Positions 11,404 through 19,862 of a stretch of DNA of 64,000 bases are shown here, piece by piece (position 1 is the stretch's first letter; the number at the start of each line of letters is the position of its first letter). The DNA comes from Candidatus Magasanikiibacteriota bacterium. Its GTDB lineage: Bacteria > Patescibacteriota > Patescibacteriia > Magasanikbacterales > GWA2-37-8. Where the stretch lies: NCBI GenBank assembly GCA_041665405.1, contig JBAYIZ010000003.1, positions 2,589 through 66,588 on the forward strand, in the 5' to 3' direction. The translations under genes and the position numbers were made by a program. Below the pieces are notes generated by a model that worked only from the letters and a program-made list of their open reading frames with translations, did no database searches and had not been told where the DNA came from.

Positions 11404-12620
11404 AAAATAATTGGCCAACAAAAAAACTTGGCGAAGTATGTGAATTTTTGAATGGATTATGGACTGGCAAAGAACCACCTTATATCAAAGTTGGTGTGAT
11501 TAGAAATACTAATTTTACAAAAGATGGGACACTAGACGATTCTAATATTGCTTACCTAAATGTTGAAAAAAAACAATTTGAAAAAAGAAAATTAATTTGC
11601 GGTGATGTCATCCTTGAAAAATCTGGCGGTGGACCAAAGCAACCTGTTGGGCGAGTTATAATATTTAATAAGGACAAAGGCAGTTTTTCATTTAGCAATT
11701 TTACTTCGGTAATAAGAATAAAGGATCCTAAAGAATTGAATTTTAATTTTCTCCATCGGTTTTTATTTTTTTCTTATATTTCAGGCATCACCGAAAAAAT
11801 GCAAAGTCATTCAACGGGAATTAGAAATCTTGATTCGAAATTATATAAAAATATCGATATACCTCTTCCATCACTCCATGAACAACACCACATCGTAAAA
11901 ATTTTAGATGAGGTTTTTGCGAAGGTGGCGAAGGCGAAAGAAGATGTTGAAAAAAATTTACAAAATTCCAAAGCACTTTTTGAATCATATTTACAGAGTG
12001 TTTTTACTAATCCAAGAAAGGATTGGGATGAGAAAAAATTAGGAGAAGTTTGCAATTTTGTAAGAGGACCATTTGGGGGGAGCTTAAGAAAAAGTATTTT
12101 TAAAAAAGAGGGTTACGTAGTTTATGAACAACAACATGCCATATATAATCAATTTTCAAAGGTAAGATATTTTATTGACGAAAATAAATTTAATGAAATG
12201 AAAAGATTTGAATTAAGGTCAGGTGATTTGATTATGAGTTGCTCTGGAACTATGGGTAAAATAGCAATTGCACCAGTGGGCATTAAAAAAGGAATTATTA
12301 ATCAAGCGTTATTAAAACTTAGTCCAAACAAAGATTTGATCAATGTGTTTTTGAAAAACTGGATGGAGAGCGCTGTTTTTCAAAATGATCTTAAAAAATA
12401 CACTAAAGGAGCTGCTATAAAAAATGTAGTATCCGTAAAGATTTTGAAAGGAATTAAAATATACATACCAAAATTGGCGGAACAAAAATTAATAATTTCC
12501 AAACTCGACGCCCTTTCCGCCGAGACCAAAAAACTAGAAGCAATTTATAATCAAAAATTAGCAAATTTAGAAGAATTAAAAAAGTCCGTATTAAAAAAGG
12601 CATTCGCAGGGGAGTTGTAA
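11400..12620 (+). CDS. hsdS: type I restriction-modification system specificity subunit S
   Basis: Two target-recognition-domain halves separated by conserved helical repeats (...LPSLHEQHHIVKILDEVF... and ...IPKLAEQKLIISKLDALS...), the classic HsdS architecture. Confidence 0.88.
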   Translation: MKNNWPTKKLGEVCEFLNGLWTGKEPPYIKVGVIRNTNFTKDGTLDDSNIAYLNVEKKQFEKRKLICGDVILEKSGGGPKQPVGRVIIFNKDKGSFSFSNFTSVIRIKDPKELNFNFLHRFLFFSYISGITEKMQSHSTGIRNLDSKLYKNIDIPLPSLHEQHHIVKILDEVFAKVAKAKEDVEKNLQNSKALFESYLQSVFTNPRKDWDEKKLGEVCNFVRGPFGGSLRKSIFKKEGYVVYEQQHAIYNQFSKVRYFIDENKFNEMKRFELRSGDLIMSCSGTMGKIAIAPVGIKKGIINQALLKLSPNKDLINVFLKNWMESAVFQNDLKKYTKGAAIKNVVSVKILKGIKIYIPKLAEQKLIISKLDALSAETKKLEAIYNQKLANLEELKKSVLKKAFAGEL

Positions 12621-12648
12621 TAAACAGCATATTTGATATAATACGACT

Positions 12649-13668
12649 ATGAAGTTTACTCGCACAAAAAAGGTGTTATTTACGAACAATAAAGGCGGAG
12701 TTGGCAAAACCACGCTGGCTTTTAATTGTGCCATGTCCTTTGCCAAACAAGGGTATAAAACTGTATTGGTTGATCTTGATCCTCAATGCAATCTTTCCCG
12801 ATTATCTTTAGGCGACAATCGATATGAAAAGACACTATTTTCATCACAGGAAAAAGATATTTATGATGTGTTGAAAGGCGTGATAGAGGGTGGGTCAGAT
12901 ATTGATTTAGGTGTGCCGTTTATTCCTGTATCCAACAGCAACAATAATCTTTTTTTAATGAAAGGTAGTGTTAATCTTTCGCTGTATGAAAATATATTAG
13001 TTACGGCCTACGGACAAGCCGCCGCTGGCCAGCAACTTGGCTATTTTCAAACTAGTGCGATTGATAGGTTCCTTCGAGAAAGAGGATTAAATGACGAGGT
13101 GGATATTTTTGTAATAGATACATCTCCTAGCTTGTCGCTACTCAATCAAATTATTTTCCTTGGTTCAGATTATTTTGTTGTTCCTATGATGCCCGATGCT
13201 TTTAGCGTGCAAGGTATTGAAAATCTTGGTAGCATATTTGAAAAATGGAAACAAAATTGGAAAGTAACCGGCAAAGCTCTTTCTGGTAATACAGAAAGTA
13301 AATTTGTGCTTTCAGGTGATGGTCTTTTTATTGGGTATATTGTGAATTCATATAATGTATATGGCAAACAGCCAATAAAAGATCACCGCCATTGGATTGA
13401 AGAAATTCCGGCTAAAGTTAAAAAATATCTTTCAGAAAAACATGGACGAAATGGGCTGGTTGAAAAAAGTTGGAAAAATCCGCTGGCTGAAATTCAGGAT
13501 TATGGTAGAATTCCTGCAAAGTGTCAAGAAATTGGGGTAGCGATATTTGATCTTGACCCAGCGTTGATTGATGAAATTCATCTTGGAACTATAGAAAACA
13601 TTGAAAAGTCAAAAGAGGAATTTGGAATATTGACGCAAAATATTTTAAAAATATTAATTGATTATTAA
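12649..13668 (+). CDS. ParA/MinD-family P-loop ATPase (deviant Walker A)
   Basis: KGGVGKTT deviant Walker A, DLDPQCN (A' motif), hhhhDTSPS Walker B. 339 aa with a ~90-aa C-terminal extension. Located between hsdS and hsdR. Confidence 0.75.
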   Translation: MKFTRTKKVLFTNNKGGVGKTTLAFNCAMSFAKQGYKTVLVDLDPQCNLSRLSLGDNRYEKTLFSSQEKDIYDVLKGVIEGGSDIDLGVPFIPVSNSNNNLFLMKGSVNLSLYENILVTAYGQAAAGQQLGYFQTSAIDRFLRERGLNDEVDIFVIDTSPSLSLLNQIIFLGSDYFVVPMMPDAFSVQGIENLGSIFEKWKQNWKVTGKALSGNTESKFVLSGDGLFIGYIVNSYNVYGKQPIKDHRHWIEEIPAKVKKYLSEKHGRNGLVEKSWKNPLAEIQDYGRIPAKCQEIGVAIFDLDPALIDEIHLGTIENIEKSKEEFGILTQNILKILIDY

Positions 13669-13715
13669 AAATAGACCGTTAGCCCTTAAGTTTTTATGGA
13701 GTTAGCGGTTTTTTA

Positions 13716-16070
13716 ATGTATATGCTTAACGAATCAGAAACACGAGCCGAATATATTGACCCGAAACTTAAAGCGAGTGGTTGGGGTGAAGTGGAGGGAT
13801 CCAAAGTCCTGCGTGAATTTCGTATTACCGACGGTAAAATTCAAGCTGGAGGAATGCGCGGTAAACCGGAAATTGCGGATTATATTTTGGTATATAAAAA
13901 TCGCAAAATTGGGGTGATTGAAGCTAAGGCGGAAAATTTAGCGGCGTCTGAGGGTGTAGGACAAGCCAAAGCGTACGCGCAAAAATTACAGATTGATTTT
14001 ACCTATGCCACCAACGGCAAAGATATTTATGAAATTTCCATGAAAAACGGACAAGAAGGAAATGTTGTAGATTTTCCAACTCCGGATGAATTGTGGGACA
14101 AAACTTTTTCTGACCAACCAGCCACAAACGAAGAATGGAAAGAAAAATTTGATGCGGTTTCGTCTGAAGGTGAAAAAGGTAAACGATATTATCAAGAGCT
14201 GGCTATCAACAATGCACTGGATGCGGTGGCACAAGAAAAGACACGAATACTAATAACTATGGCCACGGGGACAGGTAAGACTGCGGTGGCGGCTCAAATC
14301 GCTTGGAAACTATTTCAGACCCGCTGGAATTTAAAGAGAGATGGATCTCGCAGACCACGAATATTGTTTTTGGCGGATAGAAATATTTTGGCTGACCAAG
14401 CATTTGGAAATGATTTTTCAATTTTTCCAACCGATGCTATGGTGCGTATCAATCCTTTGGATATTCGAAAAAAGGGTGGTGTGCCAATGAGTGGTAGTGT
14501 TTATTTTACAATTTTTCAAACTTTTATGAGTGGAGCGGAAGGTGCTCCTTATTTTGGAGAATATCCACCAGATTTTTTTGATTTTATTATCATTGATGAG
14601 TGTCATCGTGGCGGTGCTAATGATGAAGGTAATTGGCGTGGTATTTTGGAATATTTTTCTCCTGCAGTCCAACTTGGTTTGACTGCGACACCAAAGCGAC
14701 AAGATAATGTGGATACATATAAATATTTTGGTGAACCAGTTTATGTTTATTCACTCAAAGAGGGTGTGAATGATGGCTTTTTGACTCCATTTAAAGTTAA
14801 ACGAGTCAAAACTACTCTTGATGATTATATTTACACTTCAGATGATCAAATTGTTGAAGGTGAAGTGGAAGAAGGAAAAATATATACTGAACCGGATTTT
14901 AATAAAATAATTGAGATCAAGGCCAGAGAGGCAAAAAGAGTGAGAGTGGTATTAGATGAAATAAATCAAAATGAAAAGACAATAATATTTTGCGCGACCC
15001 AGGACCACGCGGCGGCCGTGCGTGATTTGGTAAATCAAATGAAAGATAATAAGGATCCGAATTATTGTGTGAGAGTGACTGCCAATGACGGATTTCGTGG
15101 TGAACAATTTTTGCGTGAATTTCAAGATAATGAAAAAACTATACCGACTATTTTGACCACTTCACAAAAACTTTCTACTGGCGTAGACGCGCGCAATATT
15201 CGCAATATTGTTTTGATGAGACCGGTAAATTCAATGATTGAATTTAAACAAATTATCGGTCGTGGTACTCGACTTTTTGATGGTAAAGAATATTTTACGA
15301 TTTATGATTTTGTGGATGCGTACCATCACTTTGCCGATCCTGAATGGGATGGGGAACCAGCAAGTGAAACAACAGAAGATCAACCAACGGTTAAATATGA
15401 AACCACGAACAAGGATTTTGGCGGATCTATTTTGCGAGAAAAACCGACTGAAAAATATAAAAAATTAAAAATAAAATTACGTGATGGAAAAGAACGAGAA
15501 ATACAGCATATGATTTCAACTTCTTTTTGGAGTGCTGACGGCAAACCAGTTTCTGTTCAAGAATTTATGGACAATATGTTTGGTACCATGCCAGAATTTT
15601 TTAAGAGCGAAGAAGAACTCCGGAAAATTTGGTCAAACCCAACCACACGAAAAGTATTTTTAGAAAAAATTGCTGAGGCTGGTTATGGAAAAGACGAACT
15701 GGAAACATTACAAAAATTGATTGACGCTGAACAGAGTGATTTGTTTGATGTGCTTGCCTATGTATCCTTTGCTAGCAAGCCAATTAGCAGAACGGAGAGG
15801 GTTGACACTACTAAAAAAATTATTTTAAAAGGATTGGATGAAAAACAAACAGAATTTTTGCAATTTGTTTTAAATAAATATATTGATAATGGAGTAGAAG
15901 AGCTAGACGAAGAAAAATTGCCACAATTATTGAATTTAAAATATTACGCTATTGCAAATGCTGAACAGGAACTAGGCGATGTGTTTAAGATTAGAAATTT
16001 ATTTATTGATTTTCAAAAAGGTCTCTACAGTAATAAAATAAAAAATAATATTACTATTCAAAAAAATTAA
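13716..16070 (+). CDS. hsdR: type I restriction enzyme endonuclease/helicase subunit R (EcoEI-like, short form)
   Basis: N-terminal HSDR_N-like MLNESETRAEYIDPKLKASGWG. SF2 helicase motifs MATGTGKT (I), DECHRG (II), LGLTATP (III). The C-terminal region resembles the EcoEI_R_C domain. Confidence 0.88.
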   Translation: MYMLNESETRAEYIDPKLKASGWGEVEGSKVLREFRITDGKIQAGGMRGKPEIADYILVYKNRKIGVIEAKAENLAASEGVGQAKAYAQKLQIDFTYATNGKDIYEISMKNGQEGNVVDFPTPDELWDKTFSDQPATNEEWKEKFDAVSSEGEKGKRYYQELAINNALDAVAQEKTRILITMATGTGKTAVAAQIAWKLFQTRWNLKRDGSRRPRILFLADRNILADQAFGNDFSIFPTDAMVRINPLDIRKKGGVPMSGSVYFTIFQTFMSGAEGAPYFGEYPPDFFDFIIIDECHRGGANDEGNWRGILEYFSPAVQLGLTATPKRQDNVDTYKYFGEPVYVYSLKEGVNDGFLTPFKVKRVKTTLDDYIYTSDDQIVEGEVEEGKIYTEPDFNKIIEIKAREAKRVRVVLDEINQNEKTIIFCATQDHAAAVRDLVNQMKDNKDPNYCVRVTANDGFRGEQFLREFQDNEKTIPTILTTSQKLSTGVDARNIRNIVLMRPVNSMIEFKQIIGRGTRLFDGKEYFTIYDFVDAYHHFADPEWDGEPASETTEDQPTVKYETTNKDFGGSILREKPTEKYKKLKIKLRDGKEREIQHMISTSFWSADGKPVSVQEFMDNMFGTMPEFFKSEEELRKIWSNPTTRKVFLEKIAEAGYGKDELETLQKLIDAEQSDLFDVLAYVSFASKPISRTERVDTTKKIILKGLDEKQTEFLQFVLNKYIDNGVEELDEEKLPQLLNLKYYAIANAEQELGDVFKIRNLFIDFQKGLYSNKIKNNITIQKN

Positions 16071-16074
16071 TAAT

Positions 16075-16980
16075 ATGCCATTATTTAAAAATACCGATTC
16101 GAAACTATCCATAATAAAAGAAAGGCCGATTGATTTAGAGAGGGATATTCAACATCTCACTGAAATTAATTTAGAAAATGTTTTTAACCTAGAATTTGTT
16201 AGTTCTGAATTTTCTTTACACAATTTCAGACTTGACACACTAGCTTTTGACAAGGAGACAGGTTCTTTTGTAATAATAGAATTTAAAAGAGATAGAAGCT
16301 TCAGTGTTATTGATCAAGGGTATGCCTATTTATCTTTAATGTTAAACAACAAGTCAGATTTTATTTTGGAATACAATGAAAAAACAAAAAAGAATTTAAG
16401 ACGTGATGATGTTGACTGGTCACAGTCCAGAGTAATGTTTGTAGCAAATTCATTTACTTCATATCAAATGAATGCAATAAATTTTAAAGATCTACCCATT
16501 GAATTGTGGGAAGTTAAAGTTTATGAAAACAATGTAATATTATTTAATCAACTCTTATCACAAGACTCTACTGAATCAATAAAAACTATCACAAAAAACA
16601 AAGCTATCGATTCAGTGAGTAACGAAGTAAAAGTCTATACATTAGAAGACCATTTGAATGTGAACGATAAAATAAAAGAATTATTTTATGCGCTAAGAGA
16701 AAAAATACTAGCGCTTAGTGATACAATCGAAGAAAGACCTAAAAAAATGTACGTTGCATACAGAGTTAGAAATACATTTGCGTATGTTCATATACAACAA
16801 TCGCAAATCAAGATCCACTTAACTATTGATATGAAAAAACTGGTTGATCCAAAGGGTTTTGTTAGGGATGTAAATAATATTGGCCATTTTGGTGGTGGTG
16901 ATTTAGAGGTGATTTTAGACAAAATGGAAAATCTAAATTATGTTTTTGATTTAATTGAACAATCTTATAAAGCATTATAA
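16075..16980 (+). CDS. predicted PD-(D/E)xK (RecB-like) nuclease-domain protein
   Basis: Starts 4 nt after the hsdR stop. The N-terminus carries ...LDTLAFDKETGSFVIIEFKRD... (D..D..hIEFK) and DQGYAYL (QxxxY). The C-terminal ~130 aa are an unassigned domain. Confidence 0.4.
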   Translation: MPLFKNTDSKLSIIKERPIDLERDIQHLTEINLENVFNLEFVSSEFSLHNFRLDTLAFDKETGSFVIIEFKRDRSFSVIDQGYAYLSLMLNNKSDFILEYNEKTKKNLRRDDVDWSQSRVMFVANSFTSYQMNAINFKDLPIELWEVKVYENNVILFNQLLSQDSTESIKTITKNKAIDSVSNEVKVYTLEDHLNVNDKIKELFYALREKILALSDTIEERPKKMYVAYRVRNTFAYVHIQQSQIKIHLTIDMKKLVDPKGFVRDVNNIGHFGGGDLEVILDKMENLNYVFDLIEQSYKAL

Positions 16981-17034
16981 ATCAAAAAACATACAAATCA
17001 TTACAATTAGTGAACATCATAATAAAACATACTT

Positions 17035-17391
17035 ATGATAAAACTTACCCCAGAAGAGAAAAAAATTATAATAGACAAAGGGACAGAACCACCTTTTATC
17101 GGAGAATACGTCAATAACAAAGAAACCGGTGTTTATATCTGCCGACAGTGCGAAGCCCCACTATATAATTCCAAAGACAAATTTGAGTCTAATTGTGGTT
17201 GGCCGTCATTTGATGATGAGATACCTGGATCAGTAAATAAAACTTTGGACGCTGACGGTGTGCGAACGGAAATAACTTGTGCCAATTGTGGAGGTCATCT
17301 GGGGCACTTGTTCATTGGTGAAAAATTAACAGAAAAAAATAAAAGGTATTGTGTAAATTCGATATCAATGAAATTCATACCTGGAAAATGA
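17035..17391 (+). CDS. msrB: peptide-methionine (R)-S-oxide reductase
   Basis: Two CxxC zinc knuckles ([18 protein letters not shown]), CGWPSF and the catalytic RYCVNS motif. Confidence 0.9.
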   Translation: MIKLTPEEKKIIIDKGTEPPFIGEYVNNKETGVYICRQCEAPLYNSKDKFESNCGWPSFDDEIPGSVNKTLDADGVRTEITCANCGGHLGHLFIGEKLTEKNKRYCVNSISMKFIPGK

Positions 17392-17423
17392 AGTGCAGAT
17401 TGAGGTGAAAGTAAAATAAATAT

Positions 17424-17765
17424 ATGCGCGTTTGGGATATACATCCAAAACACCTATGCCGAAAACATTTGCTTGCAGAACATCGTGAACTTCATGGGCT
17501 TTGGAATATTTTAACTATACACAAAGGAAAGGGTGGGTATTCACGGCATCCGGAAACACTTCGCTGGGTGGGAAAACAAAAAGCTCTCTATGATAGACAC
17601 GAGGCGCTGGTAAAAGAGTTTTTGGTTCGCGGATATAAACACCACACACCGCTTGATAAACGTTTAGCCAAAGGTTCAGGCAGCCAGAGTGTATTTATAA
17701 ACACTATGCGTGAGCAAAAAGTTATTTTAAAACAAAAACCGTGCGAATGTTTGCTGCATGGATGA
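17424..17765 (+). CDS. pyrimidine dimer DNA glycosylase (T4 endonuclease V/DenV-like, Pyr_excise family)
   Basis: N-terminal MRVWDIHPKHLCRKHLLAEHRELHG aligns with T4 endoV [28 protein letters not shown] (catalytic N-terminus plus the E-R-E-L core). Size is 113 aa. Confidence 0.7.
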   Translation: MRVWDIHPKHLCRKHLLAEHRELHGLWNILTIHKGKGGYSRHPETLRWVGKQKALYDRHEALVKEFLVRGYKHHTPLDKRLAKGSGSQSVFINTMREQKVILKQKPCECLLHG

Positions 17766-17823
17766 TGACATTTGTACCTGTATTTAATATGTTCACTTTA
17801 TCCACACACAATGTTTGATTTTT

Positions 17824-17846
17824 ATACACTAATAGTGTATACTAAA
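17824..17846 (+). promoter_or_regulatory. palindromic operator ATACACTA-a-TAGTGTAT overlapping a GTATACTAA motif, immediately upstream of the HTH-Panacea gene
   Basis: Read directly: 8-bp perfect arms ending 6 nt before the ATG at 17852. Confidence 0.55.
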
Positions 17847-17851
17847 CACAT

Positions 17852-18526
17852 ATGAATAAAAACTACCAAACCGCCATAAAACAACTACGATTAGAAAAAA
17901 ATATATCGCAATCTGACATTGCGCAAAAGATGGGTATTTCGCGCACCTCATATATTTCTTTTGAACAAGGTAAGCGCGACATCAGTCTATCCGAAGCGGG
18001 TGTTTTGGCCGATATATTTGGCATCTCCTTGGAAGATCTCAAAAATGGCGTAACACCGAATAATGAAAAATACAAACAAATGATTTTGGCTTTTTTGCGT
18101 TTGGATACCAAGATCACAAAGACCAAACTTGCTAAATTATTGTATTTTGCCGATTTTGGGTGGTTTTATTCTCACCTTGAAAGTATGAGCGGCATGTCAT
18201 ACCGTAAAATGGCGTATGGTCCAGTTTCAGATGCTTATTTTAGGATAGTTGACGATTTGTTTGACAACGGTCAAATTGATATTGAGCAAACCAAAGATGG
18301 GGCAATGTTAGTTTCTCAGACGCGCAGTGGCGCAAAAATTGATTTATCTGCTCTCAATACTGAAGAAAAAAAGTTAATATCCACTATTGAAAAAAAATGG
18401 AAAGGCAAAAAAACTTCTGAGATAGTTGATTTTACCCACAAGCAATTTCCATATTTATATGCTCAAGACAACGAAATTGTGTCATATGGTTTGTTTACCC
18501 AAGAAAATCCTGACGAAATTTTCTAA
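17852..18526 (+). CDS. XRE-family HTH fused to a Panacea (DUF4065/SocA-like) domain protein; putative antitoxin/regulator
   Basis: N-terminal HTH (QSDIAQKMGISRTSYISFEQGKRDISLSEAGVLADIFGISLEDL). The C-terminal KTKLAKLLYFADFGWFYSHLESMSGMSYRKMAYGPV matches the DUF4065 core (KLqKLLYfad...GPV). A palindromic operator lies immediately upstream. Confidence 0.7.
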   Translation: MNKNYQTAIKQLRLEKNISQSDIAQKMGISRTSYISFEQGKRDISLSEAGVLADIFGISLEDLKNGVTPNNEKYKQMILAFLRLDTKITKTKLAKLLYFADFGWFYSHLESMSGMSYRKMAYGPVSDAYFRIVDDLFDNGQIDIEQTKDGAMLVSQTRSGAKIDLSALNTEEKKLISTIEKKWKGKKTSEIVDFTHKQFPYLYAQDNEIVSYGLFTQENPDEIF

Positions 18527-18584
18527 TTATGATATACAAAAATGATAAGATATATTTTATATAATAATTTTAATTTAATTATAT

Positions 18585-19538
18585 ATGGAGGGGAAAAACA
18601 ATCAAATTATCATATACAATACTAAGGACGGCAAGACCAAGATTGAAGTTAAGCTAAATGACGAAACTGTATGGCTCACCCAGGCGCAAATGGCTGATTT
18701 GTTTCAGAAGAGCCAATCTACAATAAATGAACATATCCAAAATGTTTATGATGAGGGTGAATTGGAAAAAGAGCTAACCTTGCGTAAATTCGGAAATTCC
18801 GAAAATAGCATAGCTAAGCCAACCAACATTTATAATCTGGATGTGATCATCTCCGTTGGCTATCGTGTTAATTCCCTTCGAGGCACCCAATTCCGCATTT
18901 GGGCAACACAAAAATTGAAAGAATACATTATAAAAGGTTTTGTATTGGACGATGAGCGATTAGAAAGCGGACAGGTAGCCAAACCATACTTTCAGGAATT
19001 AGAAGAACGCATTCGCAAGATTCGCACTTCTGAAGCAAATTTCTATCAAAAGGTAAAAGATGTTTTTGCTTTAAGCGCGGATTACAATCCGAAGGCAGAT
19101 TATGCTCAGAAATTTTTCGCAGTAGTACAAAATAAATTTCACTTTGCTATTACCGGATTAACCGCAGCCGAAATTGTTAGCAGTCGCATAGACAGTGCCA
19201 AAGAAAATTTAGGGCTGACAAATTGGAAGGGTGAAATTATTACTCGTGATCAAGCGGAAGTCGCAAAAAATTATTTACAAGAACTAGAATTAAAAAGATT
19301 AAATTTACTGGTGGAACAATTTCTTTCTTTTGCTGAATTACAAAGTGTGGAACAGCGCGTCATGTATATGAATGATTGGATTATGAAACTGGATGGATTT
19401 TTGGTTTTGAATGATAAAGAAATTTTGGAAAATTCTGGCAGTGTGTCGCGCCATGACATGGAACAAAAGGTGCGCGAGGAATTAAAGAGATATAATCAGA
19501 AGGTTTTGGAAAATAAAAAACCCAATCAATTAGATTAG
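18585..19538 (+). CDS. RhuM-family protein (Virulence_RhuM, PF13310-like)
   Basis: N-terminus IIIYNTKDGKTKIEVKLNDETVWLTQAQMADLFQKSQSTINEHIQNVYDEGEL is the highly conserved RhuM-family opening. It lies 58 bp downstream of the Panacea gene on the same strand. Confidence 0.7.
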   Translation: MEGKNNQIIIYNTKDGKTKIEVKLNDETVWLTQAQMADLFQKSQSTINEHIQNVYDEGELEKELTLRKFGNSENSIAKPTNIYNLDVIISVGYRVNSLRGTQFRIWATQKLKEYIIKGFVLDDERLESGQVAKPYFQELEERIRKIRTSEANFYQKVKDVFALSADYNPKADYAQKFFAVVQNKFHFAITGLTAAEIVSSRIDSAKENLGLTNWKGEIITRDQAEVAKNYLQELELKRLNLLVEQFLSFAELQSVEQRVMYMNDWIMKLDGFLVLNDKEILENSGSVSRHDMEQKVREELKRYNQKVLENKKPNQLD

Positions 19539-19821
19539 GCATTTTATTGAAGTAGTGTCTTAGAAAATGGTTATCTGCGGCTTAAGTTCCAGGTACCCTG
19601 GAGGAACACCACGGCACTCTCTAAGTTATTATTACTAACTTCACTTATAATATAGACAATAAAGTGATCATTGTCAATATTTATCCACAGACTATGTCAA
19701 CTAACCGGAATTTCCGGATAACTGAATTAACTAAAATTTTACCTTAAAATATAGCTTGTTATATTCCATAATTATAAGAATATTTTGGCTAATATATAAC
19801 TAATAAAGCCACTCTAACAAT

Positions 19822-19860
19822 TAGTATACTCATGAGGTATACTAATTACAAGTATACTAA
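19822..19860 (+). promoter_or_regulatory. three direct copies of (A/G)GTATACTAATTA, each containing the GTATAC palindrome, immediately upstream of the DUF2779 gene
   Basis: ttAGTATACTcatgagGTATACTAATTAcaaGTATACTAATTatg read directly. TAGTATACTA is a perfect 10-bp palindrome. Confidence 0.55.
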
Positions 19861-19862
19861 TT

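Noticed and set aside
19556-19640. GC-rich structured stretch ending in ...GGAACACCACGG (CCA-like), considered as a tRNA fragment or att site
   Set aside because: No cloverleaf can be drawn: no 7-nt T-loop, no GTTC/TTCGAATC box, no acceptor pairing. It is probably just the RhuM gene's imperfect terminator hairpin (GTTCCAGG-tac-CCTGGagGAAC).
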